Shown piece after piece: positions 13,583 to 26,200 of a stretch of 64,000 nucleotides of DNA (the stretch's first letter is position 1; every line of letters begins with the position of its first letter). This DNA is from Amphiscolops sp. MND2022 (Eukaryota): contig OZ076409.1 of assembly GCA_964187785.1 (NCBI GenBank), positions 5,706,001 through 5,770,000 on the forward strand, in the 5' to 3' direction. The notes beneath the pieces were generated by a model. It was not told the origin of the DNA, ran no database searches, and saw only the letters and a program-made list of their open reading frames with translations. The translations under genes and the position numbers were made by a program.

Positions 13583-16229
13583 ACTCCTTACAACTTCATA
13601 CATAACAATTCTCATACTCTATTCACACTTATTTAACTTTACCTTTTCAATACCCATAACACCCTCTGACACAGAAAACTAGCTTCCATCGGATGATCCA
13701 AATATTACAAATCTTATGGTTTCTCATTATGACTGGGCAAAACAACACAATTTGAGACAGTTTAATTTACTTAATGTAAAACAATGCCTGAAGCTCCTTC
13801 TGACATTAAACATGCAAGTGTTAAAGCCCGTGTATATGTTCGCGCAAAAGCTAAACGCATCAAAGCTTTTAAATGTGTTGCTTATGCAAAGAAAGAAAGG
13901 AAAGTATGCTTTCAAGGCTCCGTAAAATACCGCCGTGTTGATAGAACTGTATGGAATCATAATACATTACCGCTTCCTGTTACTCTTGATCCATTAGAAT
14001 GTAAAAACATTATCAGACATTTAAATGGTACAAATGATAAAATATTGAACAACCTCCATTACAATAAAACTTTCACACTCTTAGAGGACCATTATTTTCA
14101 AGAACGATTGGAACAATATCAAACTCCTTTCACCGTATACCAATTGAACAAAATGTACACAGGTACATTTACATTTATGCCTGCCGATAAAAACTGGATA
14201 TATGACCCTACTCAAAACCCTTATCATAACTGCCCTGCTCATCACCAATTCGAAGTTAACCTAGTTAGTTGGCGATTAGAAATTTCCGAAGTAGAACTTA
14301 CTTATGATGACACATCTAATGACATGATAATAGATGGACATACATTACCCTGCTACTTTGCAGATGGTTTTTGTAAACCCACAACGAAAACCCCTTTTAC
14401 TCTTGTTTGGTTCGATGATGACTGTTGCCTACTTTTCACATTACAAGATTTCATTGGTCGTATGACTAAAATTGAAGATAGATATTGGATTGAAACAGAC
14501 TCTTTTGTACATTCTCCACACTCAATAAAACCGAAAACAACTTCTGGTATCAAAGGTACAGAACATCCCTATGTTTATGCTCCTCATACACAACATCCAA
14601 ATAACCCAAGTCTTTCAAGTTTTCAAGTTTTTCCTACAGCACAAACCTTTTGTGGTAAACCAGACACTCTTTATTCTACACGATACTCAGACCTTTTTGT
14701 TACATACACCGATGGTTTCAATATGCATACAGGACAACCCAATCCTCATTCTATGATTGATGAATATATTTCTGGTAAAATAGTATTGGACACTTCAAAT
14801 AACAAATTTATATTCCCTGCATTAAATGTTTCAAACAATTTTGCTACCATTGACTATGATGCACAAATAAACACGAAAATAGATTACACTATTAACCATG
14901 TTTTTAGATCAATGACAGTACAAGAACTAAATACTGTACATACCATATGTGAATTAGAACGAAATCAACTTCTTACAATACTCGCAATGTCAGTACAAAA
15001 TCCTCAACTTGCTGGTTTTCTTTTACCCGGTAATCGAAGTAATTTCTTATACGTTGAAGGCTCAACCGCCTGGCTTAATGACTGTCCTCATTTTTTATCC
15101 CCTTTATATAAAGCTGATAGATGCTTTGACCGTATACCTATACACTTTAAAGATGCATTAATGTACGTTGATCCTATTACAAGACAAATCTATGACTATG
15201 CTACTCCATTTACATGTGATAATACTCCACGAAATCTTATTGAACTAGATCCTGATTCTGATGATCAAGACTTTTACATTCTTGGACCTGAACCTATTAA
15301 ACGCAAACCTCCACTAATGTTTACACCTTCACAAATTAAAACTACAATACGTCCTAACACTTTTACAGCTCAAGATGCTGGTATATATTCTAATGCAGAA
15401 CTTGACCAATTTTGGAACCGTATTTTATTTTCCAAACATTCTGATTCTACACTTCAATTACTAGGCAAAGCTCTTAGCTATTCTTTCACTTCATCTAATA
15501 CTCCTAAGTATGATGCAGATTCCCCTCAAGATTCTGGTAATCCTTATAATACATTACGTATAAGACTACATGACAAACTCTTGAATTCATCTCCTCTTTT
15601 TACGCCTACATGGTTTTCAGATGCTTTTATTGCACTTTTTGGATACCCTTGTTATATTCTCACACAATGTGGTATAAATTTTTCTACATTTCTTTTTGTA
15701 CAAGCTACTCTTACACTCATTGTCAAACTTTACAAAACAATATCTATTAAAGATAATCTCAAAAATAATATTACCTTACTTAGTTCTATAGCACATGGTT
15801 TTTTAATGTTCTTACAGCACGAATGGTCAATGACCTCAATGAGACTCAAAACAAAAAACCCAAAAGTACACTTTTAAAATCCAAATCCTTAGATAATTTT
15901 ATTGACACTTCAACAAATTTAATTAATCATTCTACCGATGTTACTTCCCCCCACTTTTCTATACTGAACGTCCTAACAAAATTCAATTTCCTAAATTTAA
16001 CTTGTTTCCGAAACGACACATCAATTCTCACCAAAAAACAGCTCCTTTTCCTTTCTCTCCTGTTCAACATCCTCCACTTCCCAATTATACTCATAAAAAA
16101 TTTCATCTGAATGACAATCTAACTACTCAACATGACACTTTAATTAACAATCCTGTCACCTCCAATACGGATACACCAATTAAAATATATTCACGGATAA
16201 ACTATCCTTTTCCTCCTCCATCTTCTTGA
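13524..16229 (+). pseudogene. env: Element A envelope glycoprotein, gB/chuvirus-G-like; disrupted
   Basis: ATG 13524 opens a hydrophobic leader in frame with MVSHYD (stop at 13680). Main ORF 13784-15877 is Cys-rich with a C-terminal TM segment and aligns with 54397-56967. Confidence 0.85.
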
Positions 16230-16500
16230 ACACTCTCTCAGTTTTTTGCAAACTCTCTTCCAGCACACTTGCCTACTACTTCTTTTCACAATTGCTACTC
16301 CTCCACCACTTGAAACCCTTGCAGAAGTTCATCTTCCTCAATCCAATAACACCTCTCTAATCATAACAATCTTCAAACCCTCTTCACCTAAAGTTGATAA
16401 ATCCACTCGTTAGTGTCATTTAAAGTACTTTCACTTCAAAGTGATACGGCCTTTTGGAATAGATAACACTGTGACTGTTGATGTTTTTCTTTTAAACACA

Positions 16501-17829
16501 ATGACACAAGCAGAAATTGATCTACAAACACAGCTTGAACAAGCAACCCCAACAGATCTTATAACTAGACCTCTTTCAAATTATTCTCCTGTTCTCTATA
16601 TCGAGACTTCTGAACAAACACCTCCAATTTTTCTTGAACAAATGGAACACACAAAAATTGAACACGAAAAATCAAAACCTACTCCTTCACAAGATGATGA
16701 TGATCATACACAAACAACACCACCTCCTCCAAAAAAGCGATATGAAATTATGAAAGATCCAATCTTTCTTTCTTCACCAATATACCCTCCTTCAAAACCT
16801 TCAAAAATTTCACTTTGCACGAATTGTGATGATCATTTGATCCCACTTTTTTCTAATGGCGATTTTGTCTTTAAAGCACAACTAATTTTTTTATATATGC
16901 ACCCTACTGATTATTCATTTCACTTATATGACACAAATCAAGATTTCTTCACATCAATTGCCTCCACAATAATGGGTCCATACCAATATTGGCTCGATAA
17001 TGGAGTCAAAATTTTCTCTCTACAATTCAATTTTCTCCGTCCTTCTATCTACGATCTCAAAACAGATGAATCTGATCCATCTTTCCTTTCTATTTCACAA
17101 AAAGCTACTCATCATCAAACATATACTAAATTTCTACAATACACCAAACCACAAAATCACATTTTCGTCAATTACAAATATACATCACCGTTCACAATGA
17201 CAAATATGTACACTCTTGACCACTCTTGTATAACAGGCTATCTTCGAAACTAAGACCCTATAAAACAATACTTCTGTTTGCTTCCGTACAATAATACTTC
17301 ACGTTCACTTATTGTACCTCAAGAATACATCATACATTACCATGACTTTTTGTTGCCTTGCAAAATTCCTACACAAATTGTCAAACCTCTCACTGTCTTT
17401 AAACACCTAGTATCTTCTCCACTTGACGATAAAGATAGAACTTACTATACAGCACTCTACAAGCAAACGTATTTCTACAATGAACTTCTCTTCATTTCTG
17501 CAAAGACTATTCCTTTTATGGTACAAGCTGAACAAAAAACAGAACATAAATCACACTCTTCACCTATAAAAAACGCTCCTGACAAACTTTCCTCTGTACT
17601 GAATAACCGAACACTTCGCGACATGACAAATTTACTTGAACCCCATAAACGAAACTCCTCTGAAACACCTATCACAACACTCACACATATACTCCACTGC
17701 TATGACAGAACACATAAACTTCTTCAAACACTCGATTTAGACTCTCAACGCATCACTCAATCATCCCAAGCGATTCAATCTGCTTTGGAAACTATAACTA
17801 CTCTTTTTAACTCAACTAATTTTCATTAA
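16501..17829 (+). pseudogene. Element A ORF-Y, unknown accessory protein; one internal stop at 17251
   Basis: ORFs 16441-17253 and 17278-17829 share one frame and align with 52638-53945 (TSIAS, FSLQ.NFLRPS.YDL, KFLQY, KYTSPF, IVPQEY). Confidence 0.8.
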
Positions 17830-18245
17830 ACTCTTCTACAGGTAATACAAAATTCTTAATTTTCCTTCTCTGATACACTCTATGATACATCTTTGACACT
17901 ATATCAAAGGTATTTAGATTTTTACATACTTAATCAAAGTGATATCTTGCTTTCTGAATGAAATCTCAGGATTATCTTTAAAGTACATACTTCTTTCCTA
18001 CAGTACATGTCAAAAATAACTATTTATGTCTAAAAACTACGATACAAGACATACAAGACAGTATAGCACAAAACTAAAGATGATACATTTTCGCACCAAA
18101 TCTTGTTGTACACCTTTGACTTGTCATTGCCATTCTTCTTAAACTTCTTTTGTTTTAGAAACATCTATTCTTCTTCCTCCTCCATCCGCATTCTTTCGAA
18201 ACATTTCCACTTCTCTCTCGTCACTATCTTCAGAACCTCGTCAAC

Positions 18246-18696
18246 ATGACTCCCAATGCTGAAACAGAAGACATTATTACCATGACCTCAGATTTCTCAA
18301 AAGTGCACAGCCTCAAAGCCGCCATATTCCACACCATGGCATTTAAACTCTCGCTCGAAATAAACAAAAACAAAATAACTCCGAAATCTCTCATTGCTTT
18401 CTTAAAGGTCCTTTACAATGTCACACAAATAAAGAAAAAAAAATACATTTGATCAATACTCGCGCATTCACCTTGAAGGCCCAAAAATTGCCATTTGCGA
18501 AACGGCGTCCAATGTCGTTTTCGTCTTAAATTCCTCCTTTACTTCAAAGGACCAATACTTCCGTACCGCCCTACAAGAAGCCAATGACGCTTTCAATAAC
18601 ATGCTTAAAGATTTCGGGAATACTCAAAAATTAGAGCTATATGACCCGCTCCAACACCAAGCTCATCCAACTCAACAACATCCTCTCTTGGCATAA
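18246..18696 (+). pseudogene. Element A ORF-Z, ~150 aa; one frameshift in the A-run near 18440
   Basis: After the shift it reads FDQYSRIH, matching FDQYLNIH in 51639-52115; same position and similar size. Confidence 0.55.
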
Positions 18697-19416
18697 ATAA
18701 AACTACTTACATTTTCTCACTCTTCAAATACATCTCATCTTCACTCCTTCATCCTTCTTCGATGATGTCTCGAGATGTGGTTGCTGATCACTCCTCCAAA
18801 GAACTTTGCTGACACTTCTCACTGCTTCACGCACACCCTCCAGATGGTCAACATCATCCATCGCCACTGGGTTCTTCCATCTTGACAACCTGCTTCTGCA
18901 ACTGTCAACTGGTCTTCACAATCGTCACTGCAATGCTGACTTCTTTCAACTTGACTGGTCTTCTCACTTTGCTCCACTGAACTGGACTCAATTCACTTGT
19001 CACGAACTGAACTCGCCGCAATTCATTTGCCAATTTCAAACTCTTTATTAGCCGTAAATGTCAAACTGTATCTTAAAAACTTTATTGTAACTTTAACGTA
19101 TAATCTTATTTATTGTAAATTCATAATATAATCTTAATAACGCATTATCTTATCTAATCTTAATCTTGTATAATCGTACTATAATTACCCCCTCTAATGC
19201 TAAACCCTTACAAATTTTCATCTATAATTATCTTTGTAACCGCAAAATATATCTTCCCAAATTATATCCCCATTGTCATGTGCATAATACATCTATTTAA
19301 CAATTCTATAATCCACATCTTTTACAGAACACAAGTCCTACTTACAGCACAAGAAATTTTCGAAGATTTTTAGACGAAAATTTTTTTTTTACAAAACATG
19401 TTCTACACCTTTGAAC

Positions 19417-19555
19417 TGAGATCTCAGAAATAGATTGTACTTAGACCTAGCTAGCTATAAGGTAAAAGTAAGACGACTCTGCTGTTAAAATCTTAGACTT
19501 CTTATGTCCGTAATAAAACATCTAAAAGAAACAACCACCGCTTTTTAACAGCTCA
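19417..19555 (+). repeat. 3' LTR of element A
   Basis: Direct repeat of 2916-3055. Confidence 0.9.
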
Positions 19556-19572
19556 AAACCAAGTACTTCAAC

Positions 19573-19585
19573 TGGTGCTACCAAG
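19573..19585 (+). promoter_or_regulatory. Orphan PBS-like site of an older related element
   Basis: ...CTTCA-AC-TGGTGCTACCAAG is 12/13 identical to the element A PBS with the same CA-NN-TGG spacing. Confidence 0.5.
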
Positions 19586-20870
19586 TTCGTCTCTTTCTTT
19601 CCAAAATCGTTTTGTCTCTACTAACCAAAATAAATTGGTTCGATATTCAGTACTGGTAGAAATCATCTCTTTGACTTCTCCATTACAAGAAGACCTTCAA
19701 ATAAATTAACAATTTTTTGTAGACTTCTCGCAATTGCACACCTAATAACCCACGAGAGAGATGTGCAATTTTGCGGACAAATTCAGTTACATGTAATAGA
19801 TAAGACGGGGCTCGAAAGTTGTGTGCAATTAGGCAGAGAGTGTGCAATTATTACACGGAGTATACTATATAATCTTTGGTTTAAAAATTGTGGGTCTTTC
19901 CTGAGATCGCAGAAGTCAGTGCGTCGAACGGCTGTAATGAAGAAGTGCCAATCGTACTGTGAAAAAGACACACTTTCCAAATTAACAGTCTGAAGAATTG
20001 CTACAGAATCTTGTGTTGAAAACACCTAAACTCCTTTACAAGTTGTAAGGAATCTACGTTTTTTTAGTCCCAGTTAGTACAAACTTTCTAGAGTTGCCGA
20101 CAAAAAGCAACCCGCTTGTCAGGTTAAAAACGATTTGTGTTCGCTGTGCTCTCCCAATCTTGCTGTCTCTCTCGCATCGCTGTGTTTGTTTCCTTTTGAC
20201 AACGTTAATCTCACTCACAGCTCACAATATCGTCATATTCCACGTCACATCATCTTGAATTACTCACTATTTGCCAAGTATTTGTTGAACGATTTCTTTT
20301 TCTGTTCAGATCATTTCCAAACTACCGTTTTCGACTTGATTCGCATGCCCTCCATTCGTTTCTGCCAATCGTGACTACAGATGTTTATCGTAGTTCAATA
20401 TGCATTAGAAACAGCTAGTGTTTCGAAACATCAATCGTTACTACAGTGTATGACGCTGAACATTTAATAAACTTCATTCAAAATTTCCATCGCTCGGTAA
20501 CAGCTTGTTTGTGATTGGTTAATTAAATTAAACACACAATCAACTTTTCACAAATAGACATTCAAGATTATAAAGAGAATGAAAGTGCTGCTTCGCATAG
20601 CAGCCCAAACTTTCGATCTTAATTACGCGCTGTATGCGAGCGGTGTATGCGGAGGGATTGTTAAAATTCAATGTCAATTTTGGAATTTCGATTGTCTACT
20701 TAGAAAATTCAATCCTTCACCTGATTGGTTCTCAATTTTTGATTGTCGTTTATTAACTCTTCACCGTCATACATTGTATTTTTAATTCAATGACTTTCTC
20801 ATCGGCTGTTTGATGAACTAAAGTTCTGTTTTTGGATTGGACGCCTCAGATGAAGTTTGCTTGCATAATG

Positions 20871-21252
20871 TGTTGTGTACACAATATGATTGGATTAAAA
20901 TAAACAAATAACAAGGCACTTTAGCACAATAGCTTAGCGCGTTCGGTTTCTATTCCAAAGGTCTAGAGTTCGATTCTCAGAACCGGCGGAGTCTTTGGTA
21001 AAAAATTACTAAAATACCGTTTTCCACTAAAATACTCTTTTCGATAATTTGCTGTCTCGAAACTTTAATTTGATTGTCTATATTAGTAAACAACTTTTGT
21101 TATTTTGACAGTTTCTTCATTTATACCATTGTAGCTTTCTGAATTCATATGACACCAGTTGATATTCAATATTGGCACGAGAACAATACAATATTCAGTT
21201 GCTTTCTCTCTAAAAACGAGATGTAGAGACCGGATTCTATAACACTCTTTTA
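20871..21252 (+). repeat. BEL/Pao 5' LTR
   Basis: TGTTG...TTTTA, repeated at 29869-30250. Confidence 0.93.
20915..20987 (+). other. tRNA-derived (SINE-head-like) segment inside the BEL LTR; second copy at 29913-29985
   Basis: A-box-like TAGCACAATAGCTTAG and T-arm GAG-TTCGATT-CTC (B box) at tRNA-like spacing; no good acceptor stem. Confidence 0.6.
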
Positions 21253-21269
21253 TGGTGGCCATAGAGAGG
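21253..21269 (+). promoter_or_regulatory. BEL/Pao primer-binding site
   Basis: TGGTGGCCATAGAGAGG directly after the LTR. Confidence 0.75.
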
Positions 21270-21742
21270 CACGACTTCTTTGGGTAAGGCGGATACTTTC
21301 TTTGGACGCCTGTTGGTTGTTTTAGTCCAATCCTTTCCATTGTTTCTACCTTTCATCTCCCTTATTGGGCTAATTTCTTCAGTAACAGAACAATATTTTG
21401 CAAATACTGAATTGACATATTCACTTTAATGTTGAACGGAAAATGCTGCTGAATGAGAACAGTTCTGGGCAATTCTTCAATGAGTACTTCTGGACCTCTT
21501 CCTTTTGAGAAAACTACTTACCTTTGGTAGTATCTTCTCTTGGAAAATGTCGAAATTAGCTTTAGTGAGTTATTTTCGTTGGGAAGTTGTCACTCTGGTT
21601 GTAATTTTGCATCGTCACTGAAGATAAGAGTCCTCAAATCCTACCAAATTTACCTCCATATGTTCACCCTCAGTATTCAGTCAACTCTGAACCCTCATCA
21701 TCGATTCCACCGAAGCCCGGAATAAACCACCCGAAGCACCGA

Positions 21743-22884
21743 ATGTACCCACCCCCCGAAGATGAATTCATGGTCGTGAGTACCCGAAAAAAAACTTTAA
21801 AAGCTTTGCGCTTCAATTTTAATTTATTTTGCAAAGCGTTTCTTGAAAAAACCAATAACCCGAAGAAACATTATTGTGCTAATAGCTTCGAGACAGCGAA
21901 GTTTGTCAAATTCGAGTCACTTTTTTGTGTTATGTAAAACTTTCAGTTTCTTACGAAATTTGGAAAGGGTGATTGAAAAAAAAATTAAAGTAACAATTTC
22001 CTAAAAGACACAAAATTTTGATACTCTTCTTTCAAAGAGAACTCAAAAAAAAGGTTCAATTCATAATTATCAACTGAAATTCGGCAAAAAAGTTGGACAA
22101 CTGAGTGCTAATTTCATTTTTGCTTCTTGTAAAAAAATTGTCCCGAATTTTCCATGTAAGCTTGTTCCAGTTTGAAAAATTGTTGTATCCGCCCTTTGAT
22201 AATCCGTGTAGCCGAATGAAAAAATCTTGAGAAAACAAAATCAATTTTGCGCAAATTGTTGTAAACAAATCACGTATGGTTTTCATATTGGCTGCTAGTT
22301 CTTTGCACCATGCAATAGAAACGTTAACTCCCGATGAAAAAGAACATTTCAATGACAAAATTTATACCATCCCGGGCCTAAGTCTTAATCCGTTGAGGAA
22401 AAATCTGAAGAAAATTGTCTAAAATTTGCTTTCGAAAGATCTGAAAGATAAAAACAACATTATTATTTGGCATGATGTCCTAAATAACAGCATTTCTCGT
22501 CATAATAGTAACAACTTCTGTGCATTATCAGTGTCCGAATTGATTGAAATTTTGAAAAGCTTTCAGAAAAAACTCAGTGCTCTGGTGTACTGCCACCGCT
22601 TTCGTACCCCCGAGATCTTTGAATCATTGAAAACATTGGAAACCGATCTTGATATCAAAGTATTCAATATAGTCAAAGACTTTATTTCTCCGAAAAAACA
22701 GAAGGATGCCGACCTTTTGAAAAAATTTAAAGCTTTGCATCAAAGCCCTGAGCTTGAACTAAAAAATTTGTACTTTCTGCTCCGTAAAGAGAACGCACTA
22801 TCCTCAATAACTGATAAGAGCCGACCCCAACGGCCAAGTAAGCGTGCCCGTAACGCTGCGAAGAGAGCCGCTGCCTCTTTTTAA
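21743..22884 (+). pseudogene. Degenerate ORF with SGNH/GDSL-esterase-like blocks (LINE ORF1-like) inside the BEL element
   Basis: The frame of 22426-22884 extends upstream through one stop. Blocks VFILAASSL, TIPGLS, IIIWHDVLNN and ALHQ fall in SGNH order, followed by a basic tail. Confidence 0.5.
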
Positions 22885-23297
22885 TCTCAGTTAACAACCC
22901 CCCCCCGCTCCTTCCAGCTGTTGAGACAGTGTCCGAACTTCACTGATCGGTTGAAGTTTCTTCAGCTCTTCCTTCTTTTTTCAGAGTTGTGTCCAGTCTT
23001 GACTGACTGGTTGATACTCTGAAAAAACGTTTCGTCCCTCACCCGCACCATCGTCAACTGACACCGCGTTTCTTCAACGCGACTTTGAGTTTATCGTGTT
23101 CCGTCCTCGTAGTCTGTGACTACTTTTAACTTAAAACAAAAAAATTGCCAGTTTCTTCGTTGAAGCGCTGTAGAAACAGTGTTGTCACCGATAATCACCG
23201 TTCTTTCTGCCACAAAACTTTTTCCTGAACTGTGTCCAAACTTAATTGTTTGATTGACGTCTGCAAAGTAACCCGATTCCCTAATTTTGACAACGTA

Positions 23298-26200
23298 ATG
23301 TCTGACCCCATTCATGAAAAGTTGCAAAAGTTGTATGACAGTCGCGCGAGAGCCGAAGCCGACTTGATTAGATATCAAAACGACGTCACAGAAGCAGTAA
23401 ACAATGCCGATAGACGCGTCCGCGTCGAACGGTTGGTCACTTCTTTCGAAGAAGCTATGACTAAAGCTTTCGCTAAGAACGAACAGCTACTCGAGCTTGC
23501 CAAGAAAACCAACGACCCGGCAACTGTCACAGCAGACTTAGAAAAATGGTTGAACGTCATGAGCATACAAAACGATGAAATTTTGAGAAACGCAAGGGAA
23601 TATATCGATCAATGTCCCAAAACAGATAATTCTTCGCAAACTTCAGTCAAAGCTGCCACCGTGAAGACTAAGTCTAGCAAAGTTTCAAGCAGCAAAGCGT
23701 CGAAAACTTCAAGTCAGCGCCAACGAGACTTGCTTATTGCCAAACACAAGCGAGAAGAAGTAGAAAGGCAAAACGAAGCTGCTTTACGACTGGCTAAACA
23801 AAAGCAAGAGCTGGAACTTGAACAACTGCAAGAAGAGAACCGCAAACGACTTGCAGAGGCGCATCTAATTGAACTTGAACTTCAAGAAGACCCATCTGAA
23901 GCTAACGAAGATGCTCATGAGATTCTTTCGCGGTTGAGCAGAACAACAGACGCTAGCGAAACGCGCCGAGTTAGTGACTGGGTTAACAACTCGCCAATCG
24001 TTACCACGACTCAACATGAGACTGTAACAGTGGAGACTGCAAGTCTAGCGACTTCTGCCGCAAATACTACCGCTTTGATCCCATCTCAGCAACCTCCGGT
24101 TAACGTCTCTCAGCCGATTTTCGCACCAGGTGATCCCAATGAAACAAACGTGGCAGTACAACTACCAACAACTACCGTTCCATCAATGAGTTTAAATCAC
24201 ACTCCTGCGGTACAAATTCAGACTCCTCCATTGACAGCGCAAAACTTTGGGAATATCGGACCTTCAACCTCGGATGTCACAGTACAACAACAAGTTCAAC
24301 CGACAATCATCCCGACCCAAACTAGAAGTTTCAATGCGCAAGTTTTACCGTCACAAACGACAGCACGGATGCCCGCGTTCACAATGCCGGTGAACCACAT
24401 CCTCCCAAACTTGTCCGCATGGACCTTCCCGAACCCGACTGTCACCACCGCACCGATTGTAACAACGATTCCGCCCCCAACACAGCCGATGGCACCTACT
24501 TTCATGCCGTTTGCTCACGCGCCAACCTATGCCGCTCCGACCGTACCCGTTACCGCTGGTGGAACTGTTTATTATATACCCCCAGCAACAGTTACAACGC
24601 CAATTGTGTACAGTACAGTAGCACAACCGACGACTTCTCTTAGTCCAACAGCCGCTACCTTTGTGCCAGCCGGAACGTCAACGACTATGCAACCAAGTAC
24701 AACCGGATTCACGATACAAGATCTTGCCTTGTTGTTAGCTTCAACGAAGAAAGACCATCTGCCAGAGTGGAAACTAGCACAATATAATGGTGACCCTATA
24801 CAATGGCATGAAAGGTTTGGCCAGTTCAAAAGTGCCATAGACTCAGCCCCACTCACCGATGACGTCAAGTTAACATACCTCAAGACTCTTGTTACAGGTA
24901 AAGCAAAAACTGCTACCGCTGAATTTGCTTACTGCGGAGCAATGTATAGAGACGCCCTAAAGACACTAGAACGGAAGTTTGGACAGCCACAGGCTGTAGT
25001 AACTGCCTATCTGGATAAGTTGGCAAACTTTCCACCCGTGAAGATGCACAACAGTGAGAGCATCATCAGTTACTCAGCAACAATCTGTTCTCTAGTTGGG
25101 GTCTTCCGATCTCTAAACTACGTCCAAGATCTCTCGAGCGCGTCATTGCTTGGACAAGCCGTTCAAAAGCTTCCGCCAAACATGAGAGAAGCATGGTCGC
25201 TGCACACAGTGAGGCGAACTTTGGACAGACCGACACTCATTGACTTCAATGACTGGCTTAAAGACAAAGCCGAAGCGCATGAGCGCATGAAGTCTCTACC
25301 CAGCAAAGCGAAACCTGAAGAAAGTAACAGCGTGACCGTAACTAAGACCAAGACTGCTTCTAAGGTTTTCGCCGCTACGACGTCTAGTCAACAAAGTGTC
25401 AGCGCCAAAGGTAAAAGCGACAAACCGTCAAACACTTGCGTCGCCTGTAAAGAAAAACATCCTTTGTGGAGATGTCCGGCATTCAGAAGAAAATCTCCCA
25501 CAGAGAGAGCAAAACTTGTAGCTGAGAACAAGCTTTGCTTTTCATGCTTCAATCAAAATCACACGTTTCGCCAGTGCCCGCAACCCCGCAAGTGTACTAA
25601 AGATGAATGCGGGAGTTCACACAACACTTTCTTACACGGAGCCGACAGAATTTTTGCCAAGAAAGTCACTGATGTGAACACGGACAAAGCTGAAACATCT
25701 GGTTGCATCGGAACGTCAGTGAAAAACAAAAGATCAGACGAGAGCTCAGGCATGCCTTCCGTTGCTGAAGTCAAAGGCCTATTACAAATAACGGAAGTTG
25801 AACTTCACTCGAACGGCAAAAGCGAAAAAGTCCTAGCACTGTGTGATTCTGCCTGCAGCCATTCCTGGATCTCAGCGAATCTGGCAACGAAGTTGAACTT
25901 ACACGGCACCCCGACCAAGCTTACTGTCCATGGCATAAATTCCAACCAAGTCGTAGACACGCACCTGGTGGAGCTTAAGTTGACACCCGTTCATTCGGGT
26001 GGCTCTTGCTCTCCCTTTGTTGTTAAACCGTATGTCAGAGAAGACCTCAAAGTCGGAACTGACACCATCGATGTCGAACTTTTGAAAACAAAGTACCCCC
26101 ATTTGCAACCAATCTCTTTGAAAAAGTACAGCTACGCCGATGTTGAAATGATCCTAGGTCAGGATGTTTTCCACTCGATCCGCCCGCTGGAGTATTTTGA

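Larger units (their letters stand above)
2916..19555 (+). mobile_element. Element A: full-length (~16.6 kb) env-bearing Ty3/gypsy-like LTR retrotransposon with accessory ORFs; decayed
   Basis: Paired ~140 bp TGAG...CTCA LTRs, PBS, PR-RT-RH-IN order, env and three extra ORFs. Flanks GAAC/AAAC may be an imperfect 4-bp TSD. Confidence 0.93.

Noticed and set aside
20915..20987. Functional tRNA gene
   Set aside because: The acceptor stem does not pair and it lies inside both LTRs.
23232..23297. N-terminal extension of the BEL ORF
   Set aside because: Starts at GTG; the first ATG is at 23298.
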